From Nanoarchaeum equitans Kin4-M (GTDB lineage Archaea > Nanobdellota > Nanobdellia > Nanobdellales > Nanoarchaeaceae), in NCBI GenBank assembly GCA_000008085.1, contig AE017199.1:420001-452000 (forward strand): a stretch of DNA of 32,000 nucleotides. The letters run 5' to 3'. Position 1 is the stretch's first letter, and every line of letters begins with the position of its first letter. A model generated the notes under the pieces. The model ran no database searches, was not told where the DNA came from, and was given only the letters and a program-made list of their open reading frames with translations. Shown here piece by piece: positions 10,124 to 19,438 of this stretch. Position numbers and translations under genes: made by a program.

Positions 10124-11049
10124 TAGGCTTTAGAAATAAATAAGGTTAAAAATAATATGTACCCTATTAATAGAATTAATCCATCTATCTTAGTTAGTTT
10201 TCTTTTAACATATGCTGAGAGAGTCAAATAAGTAGTGAGCAACAATAGCAAAAATAGATGGTTTATAACTATTATGTTAGCATGTATGGGATTAATTATT
10301 GTGGCGATCGGTAAAATTACTCCCATATTAAATATATTACTTCCTAACACATCGCCCAAGGCAATATTTATTTTTCTTTTTAGAGAAGATATTATACTTA
10401 CAGTTATTTCAGGCAAAGATGTGCCTATAGCAATTACCAGAGAGCTTACTAAATAAGGCATTAGATTTAGATTTTTTGCCAATACTATTGTGCTATTTAT
10501 TAAAATTTTAGCGCTTATTATTACTAATGCTAAAGAGCCAACAAAATAAGCCAAATCTTTCCAATGTAATTTTTGCTTTTCTTTTGATTTTATTCCATCT
10601 TTGTATATGTTTAACAACATAAGAGCAAAGAAAATCAATATTGTTAATGCTTCATATTTGTCCAAAACACTATCATTTAGTATTAGTAATAATGTAGCTA
10701 AGGTTATTGCTCCATGTATGGGGACTTCGTTAAATAGAGTTTCCTTTTTTATAACTAATGGACTAATTATTAAACCGATCCCTAAACCTAATCCTAGGTT
10801 AGCAAAATTACTTCCAATAATGTCTCCTAAAACTATTTCAGATTTGTTATCTAAAGCTGCTAATATTGCTACAGCCAATTCTGGTAATGATGTGGATATA
10901 CTAACTAAAATTAACCCCAATAATCTATCATCTATGCCTAGAGATTTACTTATTCTCTCTCCGCTTTCTAAAAATTTGTCTGCTCCAAATAAGAGAAAAA
11001 ATAAAGAAACTAAAATTAAAAAACTATTGAACAGCGTAGAGACGAGCAA
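10123..11049 (-). CDS. Calcium/sodium antiporter, CaCA family (YrbG-like)
   Basis: Duplicated alpha repeats: LGLILVSISTSLPELAVAILAALDNKSEIVLGDIIGSNFANLGLGLG and LVIAIGTSLPEITVSIISSLKRKINIALGDVLGSNIFNMG; start (TTG) uncertain. Confidence 0.9.
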   Translation of the reverse strand: MLVSTLFNSFLILVSLFFLLFGADKFLESGERISKSLGIDDRLLGLILVSISTSLPELAVAILAALDNKSEIVLGDIIGSNFANLGLGLGIGLIISPLVIKKETLFNEVPIHGAITLATLLLILNDSVLDKYEALTILIFFALMLLNIYKDGIKSKEKQKLHWKDLAYFVGSLALVIISAKILINSTIVLAKNLNLMPYLVSSLVIAIGTSLPEITVSIISSLKRKINIALGDVLGSNIFNMGVILPIATIINPIHANIIVINHLFLLLLLTTYLTLSAYVKRKLTKIDGLILLIGYILFLTLFISKA

Positions 11050-11488
11050 TTTCTATTGAATATTTCCAATCTTTTGGCAAAACCCCTTTTCTTTTATAGT
11101 ATTTGGCCAATCTATGTATTTTGGAAATAATTAATTGGTAATTTCTTTTCGCTTGTGTGTCTCTGGGGTTTAACTCTATATGTTTATACACTCTATAAGC
11201 CCTTTTTAATAAATAAATCAAATCCCATGGTATATCTGGCAATAAACCTTTTTCCTCTAAAAAGTCTTGTAAGCTTTTTCCTATATAAAGCCTAACATCT
11301 GGGATACCATATTGGTCTCTTAATATTAACCCTATCATTGCTGGAGAATACCCTTGTTTTGCCAACTCTATTATTTTGTTTTCAACGAATTCTTTATCAT
11401 ATGGGGCCCATTCGGGCTTTGTAGTTCTTAATGGCCTCTTACTACCGGATTGCCCATGATATCTTTTATGGGCATGCAATCTCGACAT
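11024..11488 (-). CDS. rpsO: 30S ribosomal protein S15
   Basis: MSRLHAHKRYHGQSGSKRP...PEWAPYDKEFVENKIIELAKQGYSPAMIGLILRDQYGIPDVR archaeal S15 sequence. Confidence 0.95.
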   Translation of the reverse strand: MSRLHAHKRYHGQSGSKRPLRTTKPEWAPYDKEFVENKIIELAKQGYSPAMIGLILRDQYGIPDVRLYIGKSLQDFLEEKGLLPDIPWDLIYLLKRAYRVYKHIELNPRDTQAKRNYQLIISKIHRLAKYYKRKGVLPKDWKYSIEIARLYAVQ

Positions 11489-11519
11489 TGCTGAGAGAAA
11501 AGAGATAGGCTTTATAAAT

Positions 11520-11876
11520 CTATATTAGAATTTTAGTATTGGGCAATTTTTTGTCCTTAGCTTGTTCAACAAAATTTTCTAAATATATAGCTTTGTCTTT
11601 TAATTTTTCTAATGCAGTTTGGCTAAAGGATAATGCTACGACTTTTACATCTTTTGTTAACTCTCCAGAGCCTAAAACCTTGCCTGGCACTATTATAGTA
11701 TCTCCATCATTAGAATGTTTCTCTATTTTCCATAAATTAACAACAAAATGTTTTTTCCTTCTTTTTGGTTTTGATAACAATTCCGCTATATATTTAAATA
11801 TGGGTCTTTTTGTTTTTTCTAATTGCCTAATTAGTTTTCTTACATTAACATCGGTAGGGCCTGTTGGTTTAACCAT
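11520..11876 (-). CDS. rpl18e: 50S ribosomal protein L18e
   Basis: KLIRQLEKTKRPIFKYIAELLSKPKRRKKHFVVNLWKIEKHSNDGDTIIVPGKVLGSGELTKDVKVVALSFS typical L18e. Confidence 0.93.
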   Translation of the reverse strand: MVKPTGPTDVNVRKLIRQLEKTKRPIFKYIAELLSKPKRRKKHFVVNLWKIEKHSNDGDTIIVPGKVLGSGELTKDVKVVALSFSQTALEKLKDKAIYLENFVEQAKDKKLPNTKILI

Positions 11877-11965
11877 GGGAGAAACAATGATAATATATTT
11901 AAAAAATATGGTTGCAATCTCTAATGGCTCTCGTATGTGTAAGTTGTAAAACTAGAATATCCAAT

Positions 11966-12085
11966 ATGGTAGGCGTAGCAATATTCAAATGCCCAAAATG
12001 TGGGGCTACAATTGTTAGATGCCCATCTTGTAGGGCCAAGGGTAACAAATGGGTTTGTCCCAAATGTGGTTTTGAAGGGCCATAA
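11966..12085 (+). CDS. 39-aa Zn-ribbon RNA-binding-type protein (COG2888-like), absent from the supplied ORF track
   Basis: Own translation: MVGVAIFKCPKCGATIVRCPSCRAKGNKWVCPKCGFEGP*, four CPxC knuckles; opposite strand to L18e and upstream of 16S. Confidence 0.8.
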   Translation: MVGVAIFKCPKCGATIVRCPSCRAKGNKWVCPKCGFEGP

Positions 12086-12096
12086 AATTGTGTAAA

Positions 12097-12117
12097 CATT
12101 TTTAAAGGGTATAAAAT
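12097..12117 (+). promoter_or_regulatory. Probable rRNA promoter (TATA region)
   Basis: atttttaaagggtataaaat immediately upstream of the GC-rich transcribed leader; two overlapping TATA-like cores. Confidence 0.55.
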
Positions 12118-12131
12118 ATTACTCGCAAGGC

Positions 12132-12185
12132 ACCCGCGGTAAGCTCGCCGGGATGATTAATGATTCCCGGTATCCAACCGCGGGT
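12132..12185 (+). other. Pre-16S leader hairpin 1 (two-tier)
   Basis: acccgcgg (12132-12139) pairs with ccgcgggt (12178-12185); inner ccggga (12148-12153) pairs with tcccgg (12165-12170). Confidence 0.75.
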
Positions 12186-12195
12186 ACAGGAGTGC

Positions 12196-12219
12196 GGCAG
12201 AGACCTTCGGGTCTCTGCC
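12196..12219 (+). other. Pre-16S leader hairpin 2, 10 bp with UUCG tetraloop
   Basis: ggcagagacc-ttcg-ggtctctgcc, perfect stem. Confidence 0.85.
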
Positions 12220-12226
12220 AAGGGAA

Positions 12227-12248
12227 GAGCCCGGCACAGGGAGACCGC
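12227..12248 (+). other. 5' strand of the 16S rRNA processing stem
   Basis: gagcccggcacagggagaccgc is the exact reverse complement of 13832-13853, immediately downstream of the 16S 3' end. Confidence 0.9.
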
Positions 12249-12267
12249 ATTTTTCTTTGCGGCCGTG

Positions 12268-12304
12268 CTCCCTGGGTCCCCGAGTGGGATAAGGGCCCAG
12301 GGAG
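12268..12304 (+). other. Pre-16S leader hairpin 3, 12 bp
   Basis: ctccctgggtcc (12268-12279) pairs with gggcccagggag (12293-12304), one G.U. Confidence 0.7.
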
Positions 12305-12325
12305 GCGGGGTTTTATTCCCCCGCA

Positions 12326-13826
<1,501 letters not shown>

Positions 13827-13831
13827 GTAAA

Positions 13832-13853
13832 GCGGTCTCCCTGTGCCGGGCTC
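13832..13853 (+). other. 3' strand of the 16S rRNA processing stem
   Basis: gcggtctccctgtgccgggctc, perfect 22-bp complement to 12227-12248. Confidence 0.9.
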
Positions 13854-13859
13854 CCAAAT

Positions 13860-14228
13860 GTGATACTAAACAAATTCGTTTATGACATACTCTCTTTATT
13901 TCTATTCTCGTTAGGATTAGCCCTAATTGGCACAATTATTTCTTCTATAAAAACCCAAACTAAGCAATATTTAGATCAATATTTATCCCTATGGTGTGCG
14001 AGTGGCAAAATCTATAAAAGCCAATACAAAACTTTCTCCCAATATTTGCCAAAAGATCATTATTTGTATTGTAAAAAAGAGGGAACAATAAAACTCTATA
14101 TCGCAAAAGGTAGTAATACTTTTCTATCAAAGAAATGTGATTTGTTAAAAATAGAGATTATAAAGGATAAAAGTAGAAGCGAAGTTACATGCGATAGTGA
14201 GATCAATATTAGCAAGTATTTCCAATAA
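13860..14228 (+). CDS. Hypothetical small protein with N-terminal TM segment
   Basis: ORF starting (GTG) 6 nt after the processing stem; hydrophobic N-terminus, Cys-containing C-terminal domain. Confidence 0.5.
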   Translation: MILNKFVYDILSLFLFSLGLALIGTIISSIKTQTKQYLDQYLSLWCASGKIYKSQYKTFSQYLPKDHYLYCKKEGTIKLYIAKGSNTFLSKKCDLLKIEIIKDKSRSEVTCDSEINISKYFQ

Positions 14229-14259
14229 ATTATTAATTTTTTAGGAAAAATAAGTTTTA

Positions 14260-15666
14260 ATGGTAGAAAGGATAGTCCTAACATTCATAGCTATAATTGG
14301 GAGCATACAGATTTTGAAAGAACATTTAAATTTAATCTATACCTCTGCAATCGCTTATTCTCTAATTCCTATTCTAATTGTATCCTATACATTATCAAAA
14401 GAAGTATATTCTTTGCATGAAGCACTTTATAAGAAGCACAAATTATTGGGATTTTTGGCCCAGTGGTTCTCTATTCTATTGCTTAGCTCTTTGGCCGCAG
14501 CAGCGATTAAAGATCATCATGCATGGATAATAATATTGCTATTCTCACTAATCTATTTGATAGATGAAAGTATCTTTTTAGAATTCTTAGCATTGCTAGG
14601 CATAATATCTTTTTTAATTCCAGGTTTAGAACAAACTCCCTTTATAGTTATAACAGAGCCAACAATCATTATTTTTAGTATATATGTAACATTGAAAACT
14701 CTACTTAACTGGGATGTTTCTTATATTATGAGGACAACAAAATTTTTACCAATACTATTGGTTTTAGGTATAATAGTTGGATCTATAACCAAAGGCATAT
14801 CGTATTTAACATTAATTGTGTCTGCTTTGATTTGGCTATACACAAGCGCAAAAATTTTTTATAATAACAAAATCGCCTTTCTCGCAATTATTGGTTTAGC
14901 TTTTTTCTTATCTCTGTTAGATACGCATACCATATTAGTAACAACTAGCATAGCAATATATGTAATGCTAATAATATATTTCTTATTCAAAAGCAAACTT
15001 CAAAAATTGGTTGGCCTATTTTTAGCATTAATAATTGGGTATGTTGCCCTTCGATATAATATAATACAACAAGCGTTTTTACCTTTGGTAACCTACACTT
15101 TATTGGGTTTAATAGTCTATGCAATATTAAACATAAAAGATAAAGCAATTGTAAGCTTTTTACATAACGCGTTTTTCTTTTTAATTGCCCTTAGCGAACC
15201 ATTATGGAAAGATCCTTCGTATCTATACTATATAAGAGATAAAAGAAGAGTATTAGAAGTAGGTTTTGGTACAGGCTATATTACCAAACATTTAAACAAA
15301 AACCATGAAGTCGATGGTAGTGAGATAAGTATTATAGAATTGTTTTTCGCTAAACTTAGATTTTTATTTTCAAAGAAAAAACCTTATCTATTCTTAGATG
15401 AAAAAGATAGGATTAGTATTAACAAAAAATACGATGCTATTGTGGGGTATGGAGTAATAGGATATATAAAAGATATAAAAACTTTTGCTAGAGATATTGT
15501 TAATCATTTAAATGAAAATGGCAAAATTTTATTTGTTGATTTCTCAAAAGAAGATTTGGATAGACTATCAAAAGAGCTAGAAAAGCTTGGCGTAAAAACT
15601 CAAATAGAAATAAAAAACAAAAAACTATGGCGAGAATATATCTTAAAGGGTATAAAGGTGTTATAA
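14260..15666 (+). CDS. Multi-TM membrane protein fused to a C-terminal class I SAM-dependent methyltransferase-like domain
   Basis: About 300 aa of hydrophobic segments followed by RRVLEVGFGTGYITKHLNKNHEVDGSEIS...YDAIVGYGVIGYIKDI...LNENGKILFVDFSKEDLD, motif I and following strands of a Rossmann MTase. Confidence 0.8.
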   Translation: MVERIVLTFIAIIGSIQILKEHLNLIYTSAIAYSLIPILIVSYTLSKEVYSLHEALYKKHKLLGFLAQWFSILLLSSLAAAAIKDHHAWIIILLFSLIYLIDESIFLEFLALLGIISFLIPGLEQTPFIVITEPTIIIFSIYVTLKTLLNWDVSYIMRTTKFLPILLVLGIIVGSITKGISYLTLIVSALIWLYTSAKIFYNNKIAFLAIIGLAFFLSLLDTHTILVTTSIAIYVMLIIYFLFKSKLQKLVGLFLALIIGYVALRYNIIQQAFLPLVTYTLLGLIVYAILNIKDKAIVSFLHNAFFFLIALSEPLWKDPSYLYYIRDKRRVLEVGFGTGYITKHLNKNHEVDGSEISIIELFFAKLRFLFSKKKPYLFLDEKDRISINKKYDAIVGYGVIGYIKDIKTFARDIVNHLNENGKILFVDFSKEDLDRLSKELEKLGVKTQIEIKNKKLWREYILKGIKVL

Positions 15667-15676
15667 ATTATTACAA

Positions 15677-16618
15677 ATGTTCCGTATAAGTAGGACAAGC
15701 TTTAAGCCATTAGACAAACAATGGGACGTTATAATAATTGGAGGGGGGCCAGCAGGGGTTGTGGCTGGTTTATATAGCGCTAGGTATGGACTTAAAACAT
15801 TACTAATATCGCCAGATAAAGGAGGAATGTTAACAGAAGCATCTTTTATAGAGAATTACCCCGGGTTCATATCGATTTCTGGTCCAGATTTAGCGGAAAG
15901 GCTATTCGAGCAATATGAAAAAAATGGGGGACATTATTTAAAAGACAAAGTAAGTGATATTAAAAAGGATAAAAACTTTATTGTAATTACCGAAGGTGGT
16001 TACGAATTGGAAGCGAAAGCAATTATATTAGCAACAGGCTCCAGGAGAAGGAAATTAAATGTGAAAGGGGAAAACCTACCAGGGGTATCCTATTGCGCTG
16101 AATGTGATGCTCCATTATTTAAAGGGAAAACTGTTGCCGTCGTTGGGGGTGGTAACACAGCTTTCCATGACGCTTTAGTTTTATCTAATTATGCAAATAA
16201 AGTTTATCTAATTCATAGAAGAGACCAATTTAGGGCAGAAAGTTACTTAGTTGAAAATGCAAAGAAAAAAGATAACATAGAGTTTATATTAAATAGTGTA
16301 GTAAAAGAAATAAGAGGACAAAACAAAGTTGAATCCATTATAGTGCAAGATAAAGAAGGCAATACAAAAGAGCTAAAAGTAGATGGGGTTTTTGTTGCTA
16401 TTGGTATGGAAACAAACATAGAATTAGCTAAAAAATTAGGAGTACAACTAGACGAGAGAGGAAAAATAATAGTCGATAGATGTCAAAGAACTAATATACA
16501 ATATGTATATGCTGCAGGTAACATTACTAACAATTGTTGCGATTTAGATCAAATAGTTACATCTATGGCACAAGGCGCAATTGCTGCTAAATCCGCTTAT
16601 GAAGATTTGCTAAAATAG
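15677..16618 (+). CDS. trxB: Thioredoxin reductase-like FAD/NAD(P)H oxidoreductase
   Basis: DVIIIGGGPAGVVAGLYSARYG (FAD), SYCAECDAPLFKG (CxxC), VAVVGGGNTAFHDALVLSNYANKVYLIHRR (NADPH), YAAGNITN. Confidence 0.88.
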   Translation: MFRISRTSFKPLDKQWDVIIIGGGPAGVVAGLYSARYGLKTLLISPDKGGMLTEASFIENYPGFISISGPDLAERLFEQYEKNGGHYLKDKVSDIKKDKNFIVITEGGYELEAKAIILATGSRRRKLNVKGENLPGVSYCAECDAPLFKGKTVAVVGGGNTAFHDALVLSNYANKVYLIHRRDQFRAESYLVENAKKKDNIEFILNSVVKEIRGQNKVESIIVQDKEGNTKELKVDGVFVAIGMETNIELAKKLGVQLDERGKIIVDRCQRTNIQYVYAAGNITNNCCDLDQIVTSMAQGAIAAKSAYEDLLK

Positions 16619-16673
16619 CCGGGGCAGTGGGATCGAAAACCCCGTATGCTAGACCTGGCTACACCACGGGGGC
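16617..16673 (-). tRNA. tRNA-Glu (UUC) 5' half with GC-rich 3' extension (candidate trans-split tRNA gene)
   Basis: Minus strand: GCCCCCG-TG-GTGT-AGCCAGGTCTA-GCAT-A-CGGGG-TTTTCG, then ATCCCACTGCCCCGGCT; acceptor 5' strand, D arm, anticodon-stem 5' strand and UUC anticodon present but no variable loop, T arm or acceptor 3' strand follows; TATA-like element (plus 16691-16702) sits about 20-30 nt upstream. Confidence 0.75.
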
Positions 16674-16690
16674 TAGAGTAAAATTAGAGA

Positions 16691-16702
16691 GCATTTAAAA
16701 AT
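16691..16702 (-). promoter_or_regulatory. TATA box for the tRNA-Glu 5' half
   Basis: Minus strand atttttaaatgc about 20-30 nt upstream of G1 of the half tRNA. Confidence 0.55.
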
Positions 16703-16703
16703 T

Positions 16704-17393
16704 TTATTGGTTAACAATAGTTACATTATTTCCGTCGTAGTATATATAAGCGCATGAACTGCCATAACATAGTTTTATTGCTGGATATGTATTAGTTCCA
16801 TCGGTGTATTCTGTTACATATATATAACCATTCCCATCAGAAGTGGCTTTGACTGTTATTTCTTTATTGAAAGTTGTTTTTTCATTGAATACAGCATTAC
16901 CATTTACAGTAACACTATTTAGAGTTGCACTATTAGATACAGACAAATCTTTTGTTGTTACTGTATTATTAACCGCCAAATTATTAGCTGTAACATCCCC
17001 ATTTATTTGAGCATTGCCGTTTACATTTAAACTATTGGCAGTTAGAGAGTTATAAACATACATTGGGACATAGAATGCTGCATTAGTACTGGATAGGCTC
17101 CAATAATCGCTAGAGCTAGAAAGCTTTATATAATTATATGTTATATATAAATTATAAGTCCCATCGTACAATTTTATACCTTGGGTAGCACTTATTAGTA
17201 TTTGTTTTGTTCCGTCAATCCATTTTGCTAAAGCAGTTTTGAAATTAGCTTCATTATTTACAAACCAAAGTTCTGTCCATTTTGTATAAGGACAATAAAC
17301 GGACGGTTGTGAAGTATATGGCCCATTGCATGTTGCTGCCAACGCTGGCACTATTGGTAAGGCAAACAAAATTAATCCTACTTTTGTTCTCAT
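16704..17393 (-). CDS. Secreted/surface protein with signal peptide and beta-helix-like repeats
   Basis: N-terminal MRTKVGLILFALPIVPALAA signal; repeats such as LNVNGNAQINGDVTANNLAVNNTVTTKDLSVSNSATLNSVTVNGNAVF. Confidence 0.65.
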   Translation of the reverse strand: MRTKVGLILFALPIVPALAATCNGPYTSQPSVYCPYTKWTELWFVNNEANFKTALAKWIDGTKQILISATQGIKLYDGTYNLYITYNYIKLSSSSDYWSLSSTNAAFYVPMYVYNSLTANSLNVNGNAQINGDVTANNLAVNNTVTTKDLSVSNSATLNSVTVNGNAVFNEKTTFNKEITVKATSDGNGYIYVTEYTDGTNTYPAIKLCYGSSCAYIYYDGNNVTIVNQ

Positions 17394-17442
17394 ACAACTT
17401 ATTGTTTGTCATAATTTAATTATTTGTGTAACTATCAAAAAG

Positions 17443-18387
17443 TTAAATCCAAATCCTCCAATAAGGTCTGGGTTTTGGTTCATAATATATTCCTTGGCTA
17501 TACCAATAATACCCTAAATAAGCAATCATTGCTCCGTTGTCTGTTAAATATTGGCAAGGCAATCTATAGAATTTAAAATTATTTTCTTTAGCCATTTGTT
17601 CTGCCATATCGTTTAGTCTATTGTTGCATGCAACCCCTCCAGTTAGTATTAATTCTTTTTTATCTAACATATGCATGGCTCTTTCTGCTATTTCTAATAT
17701 TAAAGCAAATACCCACTCTTGTAAAGAGTATGCTATGTCCTCTTTGCTATATTGATCTTTAATTCTTTTTATGTATGTATAAATTCCTCCCAATTGTAAG
17801 TTCAAACCTTTTATTGTATAAGGCAATTCGATTAAATTTTTACCTTTTTTTGCCAATTCCTCTATTTTTGGTCCTCCTGGGAATTCTAATCCTAGATCTC
17901 TAGCGACTTTGTCTATTAAATTGCCTACCCCCATATCTAAAGTTTCTCCAACCAAAAACCAACTGTTATTTACTATTGCTAAAAATTGGGTATTCGCTCC
18001 TGATACATATACAAACAATGGGTCTTTCGCTTTAGCTAAATATCTAGCAAATTCATTATGTGCTACTATATGGTTTACCCCAATTACTGGTTTATTTAAT
18101 TTTTTTCCTAAATATACTGCTATGTAATTGCCTAATTTTAATGTAGGTAATAAACCAGGCCCAGAGGAAACAGCTATTAAGTCTATGTCTTTTAAACTAA
18201 TGTTGGCTTTTTCTAATGCTTTTAATAATACTTTGTCAAACTCTTTTAAATGTAATTCTGCTGCTTCTCTAGGATGTATACCATAGCCCTTGTAAGTTAC
18301 CTTTTCATTGGCTAAAACACCTTTTTCACTATCAAATATCCCAACCCCAAATGTGTGGGCAGTACATTCTATTCCCAATACTTTCAT
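17443..18387 (-). CDS. kae1: tRNA N6-adenosine threonylcarbamoyltransferase Kae1/TsaD (stand-alone, no Bud32 fusion)
   Basis: MKVLGIECTAHTFGVGI...; VSSGPGLLPTLKLG; GVNHIVAHNEFAR (metal site); LVLTGGVACNNRLNDM-like motif; ends after ASKH fold. Confidence 0.93.
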   Translation of the reverse strand: MKVLGIECTAHTFGVGIFDSEKGVLANEKVTYKGYGIHPREAAELHLKEFDKVLLKALEKANISLKDIDLIAVSSGPGLLPTLKLGNYIAVYLGKKLNKPVIGVNHIVAHNEFARYLAKAKDPLFVYVSGANTQFLAIVNNSWFLVGETLDMGVGNLIDKVARDLGLEFPGGPKIEELAKKGKNLIELPYTIKGLNLQLGGIYTYIKRIKDQYSKEDIAYSLQEWVFALILEIAERAMHMLDKKELILTGGVACNNRLNDMAEQMAKENNFKFYRLPCQYLTDNGAMIAYLGYYWYSQGIYYEPKPRPYWRIWI

Positions 18388-19433
18388 AGTAATGGTATAG
18401 GGTAATCTATAATGCTTTTTCTAGCATTCCCCTTTATTGGCAATTTGTAACCACAATATTCACATCTATTATCTTTAGTTAAATGTATTTCATATACTTT
18501 GAAACCGAACCTTTTTATTACTGGTTTACCGCATTTGGGGCAATAGGTATTCTCTAGCTTATGCCCTGGGACATTTCCAATATAAACATATTTTATCCCT
18601 TCCTCTTTTGCCACTTCTGCATGTTTCTCTAAAATTTTAACATCTGTGGGGGGTAAGTCCTTCATTTTATACATCGGGTGGAATCGGAGGAAATGTATGT
18701 TGGAATCTTCTCCCATAACATCGTAAATAAATTTTGCTAGCTTTCTAGCATCGTCAATATTATCACCAACTTTTGGCACTATCAAATCGGTTATTTCTAA
18801 GTGTATTCCTTTTTTATAGAATTCCTCTATAGCATGCAATACTGGTTCATAATCTGGGATTAATATGTATTTTCTGGCAAAATCGTTATTGGCATTTCCT
18901 TTAATGTCTATTGTTATCGCATCTAAAAATTTTGCTGCGTACTCTATTGCTTCGTCTGTTAAATAACCATTAGATACCCATGTTATTTTTACTCCATGTT
19001 TTTTGGCTATTTTTGCAAAATCATAAGCATACTCTGCATATATTGATGGTTCATTGTAAGTAAAAGTAACTATAGGTTCTGCATTCAATTTTTGAGAATA
19101 GTTTAGCACAATATCTAATAACTCTTCTGGTGATATGTAAGTGCCAACTATTTGTCTTCTTTGAGAAATGTCATAGTTTATACAATATTTACATGCCCAA
19201 GAACAGCCTGTTGTGCCCAAAGAAAAAGCAACATTTCCAGGGTAAAAATGATATAGGGGTTTTTTCTCTATAGGGTCTATATTGAATGCAACAAACCGTC
19301 CATAGTTTAATACATATATAGTGTTGTTGATGTTTTTTCTTACCCCACAAAAACCTACTGCTCCTTCGAATAGTTTACATTTTCTAGCGCAAGCCAAACA
19401 TGTATTGCCTTTCGCTAAATCTGCTTTCCTCAT
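18384..19433 (-). CDS. Radical SAM enzyme, AmrS-like (AmmeMemoRadiSam system family)
   Basis: CLACARKC...GFCGVRKN; CSWACKYCINYDISQ (CxxxCxxC); ...TFTYNEPSIYAEY; C-terminal CPKCGKPV...CEYCGYKL zinc site. Confidence 0.85.
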   Translation of the reverse strand: MRKADLAKGNTCLACARKCKLFEGAVGFCGVRKNINNTIYVLNYGRFVAFNIDPIEKKPLYHFYPGNVAFSLGTTGCSWACKYCINYDISQRRQIVGTYISPEELLDIVLNYSQKLNAEPIVTFTYNEPSIYAEYAYDFAKIAKKHGVKITWVSNGYLTDEAIEYAAKFLDAITIDIKGNANNDFARKYILIPDYEPVLHAIEEFYKKGIHLEITDLIVPKVGDNIDDARKLAKFIYDVMGEDSNIHFLRFHPMYKMKDLPPTDVKILEKHAEVAKEEGIKYVYIGNVPGHKLENTYCPKCGKPVIKRFGFKVYEIHLTKDNRCEYCGYKLPIKGNARKSIIDYPIPLL

Positions 19434-19438
19434 ATGAA

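Noticed and set aside
11899-12099. Minus-strand ORF 11899-12099
   Set aside because: Antisense to the convincing CPxC zinc-ribbon ORF on the plus strand; no recognisable features.
16617-16673. Alternative reading of the GC-rich element as a transcription terminator for trxB or a complete tRNA with a long intron
   Set aside because: The minus strand matches a tRNA-Glu 5' half in detail with its own TATA box; the sequence that would hold an intron and 3' half is the coding region of trxB and contains no T arm.
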